From the NCBI GenBank assembly GCA_965207065.1, contig OZ242260.1, positions 2,624,001 through 2,688,000 of the forward strand: a stretch of DNA of 64,000 bases, in the 5' to 3' direction. Below the pieces are notes generated by a model. That model made no database searches, was not told the origin of the DNA, and worked only from the letters and a program-made list of their open reading frames with translations. Position numbers and translations under genes: made by a program. Positions 9,387-19,539 of this stretch are shown here, piece after piece. Origin of the DNA: a bacterium. Lineage in GTDB: Bacteria; UBA8248. Position 1 is the first letter of the stretch, and every line of letters begins with the position of its first letter.

Positions 9387-11477
9387 ATGATGAGTAAAAA
9401 CATGAAAATTCGCTTGGGGATAGACATCGGGGGCACGTTCACCGACCTCGTGCTGATTGACGAGGCGCGCGGCGCGGTCCATATCGCCAAGGTACTGACC
9501 ACGCCCGATGACCCAGCGGAGGGCGCGCTTACAGGTTTTCAGAACATATTGAAGGCCGCAGGCCTTGAAGCGTCCGGCCTCGCGAGCATCGTTCACGCCA
9601 CCACCCTCATCACCAACGCGCTGATCGAGCGAAAAGGCGCGCGCACGGGCCTCATCACCACAAAGGGGTTCTCGGACGTCATCGAGATCGGCCGCGAGAA
9701 GCGCTTCGACCTCTACGACCTGCACCAGGAGATGCCCGAGCCGCTTGTTCCCGGGGAGTTGCGGGCCGAGGTTCCCGAACGCGTCCACGTGGATGGCGAA
9801 TTGGCGGTTGCCCTGGACGTGGAGGCCGTGAAGCGCGAGGCGGAAAAACTCCTGAAGCTGGGGGCGGAATCCATCGCCGTATCGTTTCTCCATGCGCCCG
9901 TGAATCCTGCGAACGAAAGGGCGGCCCGGGCGGCTATCGAGGAAATCGCGGGCGGTATGGCCGTTTCCATCTCATCCGAGGTGGCCCCCGAGACGGGCGA
10001 GTACGAGCGCACCTCCACTACGGCGGCGAACGCCTACGTGCGGCCCATCGCCGATGCGTACCTCACGCGCCTGCTCGCCAGCCTGCGGGATTCGGGCTTC
10101 GCGGGCGATCTCTTCATCATGCTCTCCAATTCCGGCTTCGCCACGATCGACAGCGTGCGTGAGCATCCCGTGCGCATCATCGAGTCGGGGCCCGCGGGCG
10201 GCGCGCTCGCGGCGGCGCAAATCGCCCGCTCGCTGGGCGAGGCCCACGCCCTCGGATTCGACATGGGCGGCACCACGGCCAAGATCTGCCTGATCGAAGA
10301 CGGTGAACCCGCGACGGAGAACCGCTTCGAGGTGGCGCGGACGTCCAGGTTCCAGAAAGGGAGCGGACTGCCCATCCTCTCGCCCACGGTGGACCTGGTC
10401 GAGATAGGTGCTGGCGGCGGCAGTATCGCCGGGATAAGCGACCTGGGGCTGATCCGGGTCGGTCCGCAGAGCGCGGGCGCGACCCCGGGGCCCGCCTGCT
10501 ACGATCAGGGAGGGACGCAGCCCACCGTCACGGACGCGAACCTGCTGCTAGGCTATCTCAATCCCGAATTCTTCCTGGGCGGCGCCATGCGGCTCGACTC
10601 AGAAAAAGCACACGAGGCCGTCTCCTCCCTGGCCGGTAAGCTGGACATGAGGGTCGAGGATGCGGCGTGGGGGATATATGAGATCATCACCGAGCAGATG
10701 GCGAGCGCCGCGCGCGTGCACATCGCCGAAAAAGGAGGCGACCCCAGGAACTACGCCCTGATCGCCACGGGCGGGGCCGCGCCGCTTCACGCCTGCCACA
10801 TGGCGAAAAAACTCTATATCCGCCGCATCGTCTGCCCGCCGGACGTGGGCGTGGCCTCGGCGGCCGGTCTCCTGGCGGCAAGGCCGAGGGCGGACGCCGT
10901 CCGCGTCCTGGTGTCCGACGTGGATGCCGTCGACTGGACGCGCGTCGAGACGTTGTACCGGGAGATGGCCGCTCAGATGAAGGATTCCCTGGGCGATAGA
11001 ATCGGCGTGGACGGACGCTGGGAGTTTCTGTGTGCAGCCGACATGCGCTACCGGGGGCAGACGGATACGGTAAGCGTCCCCTTGCCCGAGGCGGGGGGGA
11101 TGCCGGTTCGCGACGCCGCGAACATGCAGGAGTCCTTCGAGCGCGCCTATGAGCGGCGGTATTTGCGAAAAATCGAGAACGTGGCGGCGGAGGTGGCCGC
11201 GTGGCGGCTGACGATGCTGGGGCCGGGTCCCCAGGGCATGGACGTCGCACCGCTTGCGGATGAGGCGGAATTCGAGAAGGGGAGGAGAAAGATATACGCA
11301 GGTCCCGAGCGTGGATTCGGTGAGGCGCGCGTGTATCACCGGTATTCGCTGCCCGCCGGGCGGGAGTTCTCAGGCCCCGCCATCGTCGAGGAGCGTGAAT
11401 CCACCATCGTGGTGCCAGGAGACGCGCGTTTTCGTAAAGACGCGGGCGGCCACATCGTCATCGAGGTGAACGGATAA
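9387..11477 (+). CDS. hydantoinase/oxoprolinase subunit A
   Basis: GIDIGGTFTD, HATT, ESGPAGG, DMGGTT, GAGGGS, SAGATPGPACY, PTVTDAN and DMRYRGQ motifs; start may be 9402. Confidence 0.92.
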   Translation: MMSKNMKIRLGIDIGGTFTDLVLIDEARGAVHIAKVLTTPDDPAEGALTGFQNILKAAGLEASGLASIVHATTLITNALIERKGARTGLITTKGFSDVIEIGREKRFDLYDLHQEMPEPLVPGELRAEVPERVHVDGELAVALDVEAVKREAEKLLKLGAESIAVSFLHAPVNPANERAARAAIEEIAGGMAVSISSEVAPETGEYERTSTTAANAYVRPIADAYLTRLLASLRDSGFAGDLFIMLSNSGFATIDSVREHPVRIIESGPAGGALAAAQIARSLGEAHALGFDMGGTTAKICLIEDGEPATENRFEVARTSRFQKGSGLPILSPTVDLVEIGAGGGSIAGISDLGLIRVGPQSAGATPGPACYDQGGTQPTVTDANLLLGYLNPEFFLGGAMRLDSEKAHEAVSSLAGKLDMRVEDAAWGIYEIITEQMASAARVHIAEKGGDPRNYALIATGGAAPLHACHMAKKLYIRRIVCPPDVGVASAAGLLAARPRADAVRVLVSDVDAVDWTRVETLYREMAAQMKDSLGDRIGVDGRWEFLCAADMRYRGQTDTVSVPLPEAGGMPVRDAANMQESFERAYERRYLRKIENVAAEVAAWRLTMLGPGPQGMDVAPLADEAEFEKGRRKIYAGPERGFGEARVYHRYSLPAGREFSGPAIVEERESTIVVPGDARFRKDAGGHIVIEVNG

Positions 11478-13021
11478 TGTCGTTCGATCCCATCACGCTG
11501 GAAGTGCTCTGGCGGCGTCTCATCGGCATCGTGGACGAGGCGGCGGCGACGCTCGTGCGCACCTCTTTCTCGACGCTGGTGCGCGAGTCGAACGATTTCT
11601 CCTGCGTTATTACCGACGATCAGGGCCACTCCCTCGTGCAGTCCTCGGCCAGCATCGCCTCGTTCATCGGCACCCTGCCGATAACGGTTCGCCATTTCTT
11701 GAGAGCGTTTCCGCCCGAGGCTTTAGAACCCGGCGACATCCTCATCACCAACGACATCTGGTACGGAACGGGCCACCTCCCCGACGTGAACATCGTGAAG
11801 CCGGTGTTCTACCGGGATAAATTCATCGGGTTTTCGGCCAGCACGGCGCATCTGCCGGACATCGGGGGCAAAATCCGCTCGCCCGACCCGAGGGAGGTCT
11901 ACGAGGAGGGCCTCCAGATCCCCATGATGAAGATGTACCGGCGCGGCGAGCCCGACCAGACGCTTATCGACCTCATCCGCTACAACGTTCGCGTGCCCGA
12001 CCTGGTGATGGGCGACATCAACGCCCAGCTCACGGCGAACCGCCTGGCGGAAAAGCGCCTGGGCGATCTGCTGGATGAATACGGCCTGGACGATTTGCGC
12101 GCGCTTACGAAGGAGATCCAGGGCCGATCGGAGAAAGCCATGCGCGACGCTCTGCTTCGCCTGCCCGACGGGGAATTCGCGTCCGAAATCGAGACCGACG
12201 GCCTCGCGGAACCCATTCGAGTGCGGACGCGTATAGAAAAGACAGGCGATTCCCTGGTTATCGACTATGCGGGCTCCTCGCCCCAGGTCGACCGCGCCGT
12301 GAACGTGGCCTACAACTACACCTATGCCTATTCGGTCTACCCCATCAAGTGCGTCCTGTGCCCCGAGGTTCCCAACAACGAGGGATGTTTCCGGCCCATC
12401 GACGTGCGGACGGAGCCGGGCAGCATCCTGGAGCCGCTCCACCCCGCCGCCGGAGGGGGCCGGATGCTGGTGGGCCACTATCTGCCCGCCGCCGTTTTCG
12501 AGGCGCTCGCCCCCGTCATTCCTGAGGAGGTGCCCGCGGCGAGCGGCTCTCCGCTCTGGTGCGTGAACTATACGGGGCTGGACAAGCGCGGCGTCCGGAC
12601 GGCGGGGCTTTTCTTCCAGAACGGGGGTACGGGCGCCACCGCGCGCGGGGACGGCCATGCCTGCCTGAGCTATCCCAGCAACGTCTCCCACACGCCGATC
12701 GAGGTTATCGAGCGCATCACGCCCTTCACCCTCATCGAGAAGACGATACTGAGAGATTCCGGCGGCGCCGGAAAATTCCGGGGCGGCTGCGGGCAGCGCA
12801 TCGTCTTCCGGAACGATTCTCCCGCGCGCATCACCGTCTCGTTCATGGCCGAGCGCACGAAATCGCCGGCACCTGGCCTGTTCGGCGGCGGGCATGGCGG
12901 GCGGGGGCAGGTGCGCATCAACGAGCGCGAAATCGACCCCAAGGTCACCACCGACATGGAGCCGGGCGATACCCTCACCCTCATCACGCCGGGCGGCGGG
13001 GGCTACGGGGAGGCGGAATGA
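11477..13021 (+). CDS. hydantoinase B/oxoprolinase subunit
   Basis: DPITLEV, RTSFS, GHLPD, HLPDIGG, DSGGAGKFRGG and TPGGGGYG motifs; translationally coupled to subunit A. Confidence 0.92.
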   Translation: MSFDPITLEVLWRRLIGIVDEAAATLVRTSFSTLVRESNDFSCVITDDQGHSLVQSSASIASFIGTLPITVRHFLRAFPPEALEPGDILITNDIWYGTGHLPDVNIVKPVFYRDKFIGFSASTAHLPDIGGKIRSPDPREVYEEGLQIPMMKMYRRGEPDQTLIDLIRYNVRVPDLVMGDINAQLTANRLAEKRLGDLLDEYGLDDLRALTKEIQGRSEKAMRDALLRLPDGEFASEIETDGLAEPIRVRTRIEKTGDSLVIDYAGSSPQVDRAVNVAYNYTYAYSVYPIKCVLCPEVPNNEGCFRPIDVRTEPGSILEPLHPAAGGGRMLVGHYLPAAVFEALAPVIPEEVPAASGSPLWCVNYTGLDKRGVRTAGLFFQNGGTGATARGDGHACLSYPSNVSHTPIEVIERITPFTLIEKTILRDSGGAGKFRGGCGQRIVFRNDSPARITVSFMAERTKSPAPGLFGGGHGGRGQVRINEREIDPKVTTDMEPGDTLTLITPGGGGYGEAE

Positions 13022-13470
13022 CGAAGCCTCTGCTCTCAGGTGACGCCTGGGCGTTCGTGAAGCGCGCGCGCGTGGCGCGCCTGGCGACGGCGGGCAAGGA
13101 TGCCGCGCCCCACGTCGTGCCCGTGGTTTTCGCCGTGGTGGACGGGAAAATTTACATCCCGGTGGACGGCAAGCAGAAAAAAGACATCGAACGGCTGAAA
13201 CGGCTCGACAACATCCGCGAGAACGCGCAGGTTTCGTTTCTGGTGGATCATTACGAGGACGACTGGGCGAAACTCGGCTTCGTCCTCATCTTCGGGAACG
13301 CGCGGATCATCCATGCCGAGGCGGACGCTGCGGCGTATGAGAAGGCGGCGGCGCTTCTCCGGGAGAAATACGCGCAGTACCGGGGCCCCATCACCATCCA
13401 CGCCTGGATGATAGAGATAACGCCGCACCGCGCCGCATCCTGGGGCGCGCTGGAGACAGAGGAGCTTTAA
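13018..13470 (+). CDS. PPOX-class (pyridoxamine 5'-phosphate oxidase-like, possibly F420-dependent) oxidoreductase
   Basis: RARVARLAT, PHVVPVVFA, LKRLDNIRENAQVSFLVDHYEDDW and LREKYAQY; ATGA overlap with the upstream stop. Confidence 0.85.
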   Translation: MTKPLLSGDAWAFVKRARVARLATAGKDAAPHVVPVVFAVVDGKIYIPVDGKQKKDIERLKRLDNIRENAQVSFLVDHYEDDWAKLGFVLIFGNARIIHAEADAAAYEKAAALLREKYAQYRGPITIHAWMIEITPHRAASWGALETEEL

Positions 13471-13472
13471 TT

Positions 13473-14297
13473 GTGAAACTGAGCTACCAGATCGCCACGC
13501 CGGACATTTCTACACCCAACCTCCCCAGCGCGCAGGGCACCCTGGAGGAGAACCTCGACTGCATCGCCGAGGCGGGTTTCGAGGCGGTGGAGCTTTCGGT
13601 GCGAAAACCCGATGAACTCGATTTGGAAGAGATTGAGAAGCAGATCAACAGCCGGGGACTCTCCGTCTCGATGATCCACACCGCAGCCATGGGCTTTCAG
13701 GACAGAATATGGCTGTGCCACCCCGTTCCCGAGATCAGGGACGTCTCTTATCGCCGCCACCTGGATGCGCTCGAAATGGCGCACAGGTTCGGGTGCGGCA
13801 TGGTGATCGGCTCCTCGCGCGGGAATCTCTGCGAGGACGAGCGGCGCGATGATTCTCTCCGCTGGATGCGCGACGCGCTATTGGGTCTTTCGGATGAAGC
13901 CGCCTCGCGGGGGGCCAGGCTCTATCTCGAACCCTTGTGCAGCCACTGGATCAATAACGTGACCACGGCTGCCGAAGGTGTGACGCTTTGCCGGGAACTC
14001 GATCACGAGTCCTTCGTGCTCATGCTCGACACCTACCACATGAACGTGGATGAAGCGTCGTTCACGGCTCCCATACTGGAATCGAGAGAGCTTCTCGGCC
14101 ACATGCACATCGCCGAGAATAACCGCTACTATCCTGGCGGGGGGCACATACCCTTTGGCGAAATCATTGGGGCGCTGCGCTCGATAGGGTATGACGGATA
14201 CCTGACGTGCCAGATTGTCTCAAAGCCCGACATTCAGACGGCGGCGAGGCTGGCGGCGGAGAATCTGCGGGCGCTCATTGCGGATGGGGCATCATAA
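13473..14297 (+). CDS. sugar phosphate isomerase/epimerase (xylose isomerase-like TIM barrel)
   Basis: GFEAVEL, LEP, LDTYHMN, HMHIAENNRYYPGGG and GYDGY motifs; GTG start. Confidence 0.85.
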   Translation: MKLSYQIATPDISTPNLPSAQGTLEENLDCIAEAGFEAVELSVRKPDELDLEEIEKQINSRGLSVSMIHTAAMGFQDRIWLCHPVPEIRDVSYRRHLDALEMAHRFGCGMVIGSSRGNLCEDERRDDSLRWMRDALLGLSDEAASRGARLYLEPLCSHWINNVTTAAEGVTLCRELDHESFVLMLDTYHMNVDEASFTAPILESRELLGHMHIAENNRYYPGGGHIPFGEIIGALRSIGYDGYLTCQIVSKPDIQTAARLAAENLRALIADGAS

Positions 14298-14424
14298 TCT
14301 ATTTTCTGCCCTCTTGAGGGTCATCGGCAACCGATGAAAGAGGAAGAAACACTCCCCCCTTATTTGCCACTCCGCTTCAGTTTGTAGAATCACTTCCTCC
14401 TTGAGAGGGAAACCCCATAAAGTC

Positions 14425-14624
14425 AACCCCCCCTACCCCCCCTTGTCAGGGGGGTATAAAAAGGCGATGCGCCCCCGCCAGGTAGAGGAGGCTTTGCTTT
14501 TTCTTGCCCCCCTGACAAGGGGGGGTAGGGGGGGTTGGTTCCGACGAGGGAACTCGGGGGTTCGCGCGAAAGCGGCCTTCCCGTTAAAGGCAATGTCCCC
14601 CGACGAGGACTTTTTCAACTACCC
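14425..14624. repeat. 30-bp perfect inverted repeat (C7-TA-C7-TTGTCA-G6 family) plus one MITE-type end
   Basis: AACCCCCCCTACCCCCCCTTGTCAGGGGGG (14425-14454) and its exact reverse complement (14507-14536); CTTTTTCAACTACCC near 14610-14624. Confidence 0.8.
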
Positions 14625-14693
14625 GTCGCTTTGAGGGTGTCCATACCCGACGCCACCAGAGGGACGCGGACCCTCATCAGGAGAGATAAAGCC

Positions 14694-15845
14694 TTATTTC
14701 TTGAGTGAAAAAAGGCGCCTCGCCAGTTCGGCATCGGGTATGGAAATTTTCCCCTCCCACGCCAGTTCGGCCAGGAGCCTTCCCGTGAGGGGGCCGAACT
14801 TGAATCCGTGGCCCGAGAAGCCGGCCCCGAACGCAATGCGCGGGTTCTCGGGATGCAAGTCGATGATGAAATCCTCGTTCGGTGCGTTGGTGTAGAGGCA
14901 GTGTTCCGCGCCTACGAGCGTCCAGTTCTTGCAGGTGAAAAAGCGCGCGATGAAGCGCTTCACATCGTCAATTTTCTCCTGGTCGATGGCGTCGGGCGGG
15001 TTGTCCGGATCGTCATCCACCCCGACTCTCAGGTGACGGCCCACCTTGACGCCCACGCGCCCGAATTCGGGCATTCCGTAGAACAGGTTGTTCTCGTCCT
15101 GTTCCCTGTAGGCCCAGACCGGGAAACGGCCGGGCCGGTAGGCGTCCGGATCGTCTTCGGGCGTGAAGTATCCTACCGTCTGCCGGGCGATGTTGAGACT
15201 GGGTTTCAGGAACGGGAGCAAACCCTTCGCCCACGCCCCCGCCGCCACGACGAGGCGTTCGGTCTCGAGAGTCCCCCCGCTCGTCTCGACCTTTACGGGG
15301 TCAGACGCCGTGTCGATTCCGTGGACGACGGTGTTCTCATGGATTTGCGCGCCGTTCTCGCGCGCCAGCGCGGCGAGCGATTCGATGGCCTCTACCGAGG
15401 ATATGAAACCCCCCGTCTTGTCCAGCAGGGCGCTTTCGGCGCCCTCGAAGGTGAACTGGGGAAACTTCCCCCGCGCCTCGTCCGCGGTGAGAAGCTCCAC
15501 GTCCACGCCCTCTTGCGTGACCGCGTGGATGTAGGAATGGTAACGCTCACACGGCGGCCCGGTGTATATCCCGGGATTGGAATAGACGAGTTTTTTTCGC
15601 AAGTCTTTTTCGAGCCTGGGCCACTCTTCGGTGTGTACCCACTGCATGAGGCGGACGTATTCGGGCGCGACGTAGGCGCTTCTCGTCACGCGGGCGGCGC
15701 CGTGCGAACTGCCCCTGTCATGGCCGATCTCGAAGCGCTCCACCAGCCCGACGCGCTCGGCCCCCAGGCGCTTCAGGTGATAGAGCGCCGAGAGCCCGTT
15801 GATTCCGCCACCAATGACCAGGGCGTCGTAAGTATCGCCGTTCAT
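14694..15845 (-). CDS. monomeric sarcosine / N-methyl amino acid oxidase (SolA-like FAD oxidase)
   Basis: IGGGING FAD motif, GSSHGAARVTR, CLYT and GFSGHGFKF. Confidence 0.88.
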   Translation of the reverse strand: MNGDTYDALVIGGGINGLSALYHLKRLGAERVGLVERFEIGHDRGSSHGAARVTRSAYVAPEYVRLMQWVHTEEWPRLEKDLRKKLVYSNPGIYTGPPCERYHSYIHAVTQEGVDVELLTADEARGKFPQFTFEGAESALLDKTGGFISSVEAIESLAALARENGAQIHENTVVHGIDTASDPVKVETSGGTLETERLVVAAGAWAKGLLPFLKPSLNIARQTVGYFTPEDDPDAYRPGRFPVWAYREQDENNLFYGMPEFGRVGVKVGRHLRVGVDDDPDNPPDAIDQEKIDDVKRFIARFFTCKNWTLVGAEHCLYTNAPNEDFIIDLHPENPRIAFGAGFSGHGFKFGPLTGRLLAELAWEGKISIPDAELARRLFSLKK

Positions 15846-16083
15846 GGGGGATGACCTCGTGGGATAGTGGTAGCGCACCAAGATTTCCGCTTACACGGTG
15901 CGGGCAGACCTTTTCACGTCATCTATATGGGATCATCCATAGCAAATCGGCGTGATTCCGCCAAGTGCGCCTAAGACTTGAAAGAACAAGAAACCCCCTC
16001 CCGAGAAGGCGAAAGCCGACTTGTCGTGGTAAGCTTGCGTTTCATCAAACAGGTGGAAGCGGAATGTAATTCACTCAGTTGGA

Positions 16084-17520
16084 ATGGAGGTGAAAATGAG
16101 CGCCGATGGACTGAATTTTCTCTCAATATCTGAACTTGCCCAACAAATCGAGGGCAAGGAAATCTCTCCGCGCGAGGTGGTGGACGCGCATTTGCGGCAA
16201 ATCGAGGCCCTGAACCCCGAACTTAACGCGTTCATCACCGTGTGCGCGGAAGAGGCCCGCGAGGACGCGGCAAAGGCGGAAAGTGAGATTCAGGGCGGCC
16301 GCTACCGCGGCCCTCTGCACGGCGTACCGGTCGGGATCAAGGACATCATCGATACCGCGGGCGTGCTGACGACGCAGGGGTCGAGTTTCTTCCCGGATAA
16401 CGTCCCGGCGGCGGATGCCGAGTGCGTGAGAAAGCTCAAGGAGGCGGGCGCCGTCATCGTCGGCAAATGCAACACGCACGAGTTCGCGGCGGGCTCCACC
16501 ACGGTGAACCCCCACTACGGCCCGGCGCGCAATCCCTGGAATCCCGAGCGGGTATCGGGCGGTTCGAGCGGCGGTTCGGGCGCGGCGGTCGCGGCCTTCA
16601 TGTGCCCCGGCGCGGTGGGGACCGACACGGGCGGCTCCATCCGGGGGCCTGCGAGCGCATGCGGCACGATGGGCTTGAAACCCACGTACGGCCGCGTGAG
16701 CGTTCGCGGCATTTTTCCGAACTCTACGACGCTCGACCACGCCGGCCCGCTTGCGAGGACGGCGCGCGATTGCGGCATCATGCTACAGGCCATGGCGGGC
16801 TACGACCCGGCGGACGCGGGCTCCAAGGATCGCGAAACGCCCGATTTCTGCGCCCTGATAGGCGAGGACGTCCAGGGCATGCGCTTCGGCATCTGCGAGG
16901 ACCTCTATCTCCCGGAAAACGACGCTTCGGTGCAGAAAGGCTTCGAGAATGCGATAGAGACCATGAAGGCTCTGGGCGGCGTGGTCGTTCATGTGCGTTA
17001 TCCCAACGCCGAACGGATGAGAGAGGTGCGGCGCATCATCGCCAGCGCCGAACTGGCGTCGGTTCACCGCGAGCGACTCGCCTCGAATCCCGATAAATTC
17101 GGCGACGACGTCCGCGAGCGCCTGGAGATATCGAGCCGCGTGACGCTGGATGAATACGCGCAAGCCATGAGAGAACGGCCCACGCTCACCCGCGAAATGG
17201 AGAGTGTGTTCGACGAGATCGATATTTTCCTGGCGCCCGGCTATCCTTGCCCCGCGGGGTCCGTTGCGACGGAGATGGGTACGGTGAACGGGAAGGAGCT
17301 CTCCTTCACGGGCCTTGGCAGGCCGCAGACCGGCCCTTACAACCTGTTCGGCTTCCCGGTCATGTCCGCGCCTTCGGGTTTCAGCGCGGACGGCCTGCCC
17401 GTTTCGGTGCAGATCGTGGGGCCGCCCTGGGAGGAAGCCCGCGTGCTTCAGGTGTCCCATGTGTTTGAGGAAGCCACGCCGGACATCCGGAATAAGAAGC
17501 CACCCATGTGCGGCGGGTGA
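16084..17520 (+). CDS. amidase signature family protein
   Basis: GPLHGVPVGIKD, GGSSGGS, GTDTGGSIRGPA and GLKPTYGRVS. Confidence 0.92.
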   Translation: MEVKMSADGLNFLSISELAQQIEGKEISPREVVDAHLRQIEALNPELNAFITVCAEEAREDAAKAESEIQGGRYRGPLHGVPVGIKDIIDTAGVLTTQGSSFFPDNVPAADAECVRKLKEAGAVIVGKCNTHEFAAGSTTVNPHYGPARNPWNPERVSGGSSGGSGAAVAAFMCPGAVGTDTGGSIRGPASACGTMGLKPTYGRVSVRGIFPNSTTLDHAGPLARTARDCGIMLQAMAGYDPADAGSKDRETPDFCALIGEDVQGMRFGICEDLYLPENDASVQKGFENAIETMKALGGVVVHVRYPNAERMREVRRIIASAELASVHRERLASNPDKFGDDVRERLEISSRVTLDEYAQAMRERPTLTREMESVFDEIDIFLAPGYPCPAGSVATEMGTVNGKELSFTGLGRPQTGPYNLFGFPVMSAPSGFSADGLPVSVQIVGPPWEEARVLQVSHVFEEATPDIRNKKPPMCGG

Positions 17521-17569
17521 TTTTCCTGACACAATTTTCATGGTCTTTTTCTTGTGAGGGTATTTAGAC

Positions 17570-18418
17570 ATGACGCAAACCGATGGCTCCACGCTCGTTT
17601 CGACGGCGTGGCTCTCAGAAAACCTGGAAAATCCGAATCTCCACGTCATCGAGGTTTCCTCGGCCAGTGACGACGCTTCCTACCGCGAAGCCCACGTACC
17701 GGGCGCGCACTGGTGGTTCTGGAAAGGGGCGCTCTGGCACGAGACGGACCGCGCGTTCTCCGCGCCCGAGGCGCTGGCCGAGCAATTGGGCGGCATGGGC
17801 ATAGGGCCGGATGATGAAATCGTCCTGTACGGCGAGCCGGTGCAGTTCGGAACCTATGCGTTCTGGGTGCTGAAGATGGCGGGTTTTTCGAATTTGAAGC
17901 TCCTGGACGGCTCGAAGAAAAAGTGGGTTGCCGACGGGATGCCCGTTTCGAGTGAGGCTCCGGTTACTGCGGCCGTCGCCCACTCCGCGCCGGATGGGGG
18001 AGAGATATTAAGTGTGGGCAGGGACGATATTCGCGAGAAGCTGGGTGCGCCGGGCAGGGTGCTGCTCGACGTGCGCTCGCCCGAGGAATACAGCGGCGAG
18101 CGGGTGATGCCGCCGCCGGGTTTCGACCACGGGGCCGAACGCGCCGGACGCATACCGGGGGCCGCGCATCTGTTCTTCCGCGAACTGCTGAACGAGGACG
18201 ACACCTATAAGAGTACGGATGAACTCGCGCGGATTCTCGGCGATGCGGGCGCCGCGCCCGACGATGAGATAGAACTCGTGCTTTACTGACGCCTCAGCCA
18301 CCGGGCCAGTCTGGTCTGGTTCGCCATGCGGTATCTGCTGGGATACGAAGACGTGAAGATTTACGATGGCTCATGGACGGAGTGGGGGAGCATCGTCGGT
18401 TTTCCGATTGAAAAATAA
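17570..18418 (+). CDS. two-domain rhodanese/sulfurtransferase, probable selenoprotein (Sec at TGA 18287-18289)
   Basis: [20 protein letters not shown] and GRIPGA motifs; after the TGA the frame continues [42 protein letters not shown] to TAA at 18416-18418, supplying the rhodanese C-terminal signature. Confidence 0.85.
18300..18320 (+). promoter_or_regulatory. putative bacterial SECIS hairpin
   Basis: ACCGGGCC-AGTCT-GGTCTGGT: 8-bp stem with two G-U pairs and a GU-containing loop, starting 10 nt after the in-frame TGA. Confidence 0.65.
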
Positions 18419-18445
18419 CGTGGTAGATTGTTTCTGCAGTATGGA

Positions 18446-19426
18446 TTATTTTACGGGATAGCGCGGCTCCTCGCCTCGCAGGACGCGCAACACGTCGGTC
18501 GCCGCCTTTCGTCTCATGTCTTCCAGGGCGGCCGTGCTGTACCACGCGCTGTGCGGCGTGACGCGGCAGTTGGGGAGCCCGATCAGCGGGTGATTCGGCC
18601 TTGGGGGTTCTTCTTCGAGCACGTCGAGGCCCGCGCCCCGGATGGCGTTTTTCTGGAGCGCATCGGCCAGCGCCTTCTCGTCCACGAGTTCGCCGCGCGC
18701 CACGTTGATCAGAACGGCGTCCGTCTTCATGTGGTCGAGCGCTTCGGCGTTCACCATGCCGCGCGTCTCGGGCGTCAGGGGCGCGTGCAGGGAGATGTAG
18801 TCCGACTCCTCCCAAATTTGAGAAAGGGCGGCGTTTCGGGCTTCTGATTCCTCGAAAACCGATTCGGGCGCGAAGGGATCGTGCGCGATGATCCGCATCC
18901 CGAAGGCGCGCGCTTTTCCGGCCAGAGTCGCGCCGATCCTCCCGATTCCCACCACGCCCAGCGTCGCGCCCCGTAGCGGAGCTATCGGCCTCAAGGAGGC
19001 GATTCCCCAGCCGCCCTTTTTGACTTCCGCGATCCCCTGCTCCAGTTTTCTGGCGAAGTACAGGATGAGCGCCATGGCGTGGTCCGACACCTCATCGACG
19101 CAGTAATCCGGCACGTAAGTGACGTGAATCCCTTTGGCTGTTGCGGCTTCCATGTCGACGTTGTCCACACCCACGCCGCCGCGCGCGAGAATTTTGCAAT
19201 GTTTCAGTTGCGCGATGACCTCGGCCGTGAAAGTAGGAATCGAGCCGATGATGACGCCCTCCGCCTCCGCGCAGAGTTCGACCAGGGATTCAGAGTCCGC
19301 CCCCATGCCCAGTCGCAAGCGGGGACCCAGAGGCGAGAGTACCTCCTCCTCGACCATAGGGGGGCCGAAGCGCGTTCCGGCGACGGCGATGAGCGGGCCG
19401 TCTGTTGCGGGCGGGCTTAAGACCAT
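18446..19426 (-). CDS. D-isomer-specific 2-hydroxyacid dehydrogenase (CtBP/SerA-like)
   Basis: GVGVDNVD, VPDYCVDEVSDHA, GIGRIG, INVARG, LDVLEEEP and TPHSAWYS. Confidence 0.9.
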   Translation of the reverse strand: MVLSPPATDGPLIAVAGTRFGPPMVEEEVLSPLGPRLRLGMGADSESLVELCAEAEGVIIGSIPTFTAEVIAQLKHCKILARGGVGVDNVDMEAATAKGIHVTYVPDYCVDEVSDHAMALILYFARKLEQGIAEVKKGGWGIASLRPIAPLRGATLGVVGIGRIGATLAGKARAFGMRIIAHDPFAPESVFEESEARNAALSQIWEESDYISLHAPLTPETRGMVNAEALDHMKTDAVLINVARGELVDEKALADALQKNAIRGAGLDVLEEEPPRPNHPLIGLPNCRVTPHSAWYSTAALEDMRRKAATDVLRVLRGEEPRYPVK

Positions 19427-19539
19427 GGCTTCCTCAGGGTGCTCCCGTTGCCGGAAGGTGAGGTGTATGAAAATGCGCCTGTGCGCAATAAAAAACACCG
19501 CGGCCCGATGACCGCGGTGTTTGAATCAGCAGGATGGAG

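Noticed and set aside
12559-13470. 303-aa extended PPOX ORF
   Set aside because: The upstream part is an off-frame shadow of hydantoinase B; start placed at 13018.
14425-14536. Functional G-quadruplex or intrinsic terminator
   Set aside because: The G/C runs are explained by membership in a dispersed palindromic repeat family; there is no independent support for either function.
17570-18289. Truncated or pseudogene sulfurtransferase
   Set aside because: The stop falls exactly at the catalytic residue, the downstream frame is intact and a SECIS-like hairpin follows; Sec recoding explains it better.
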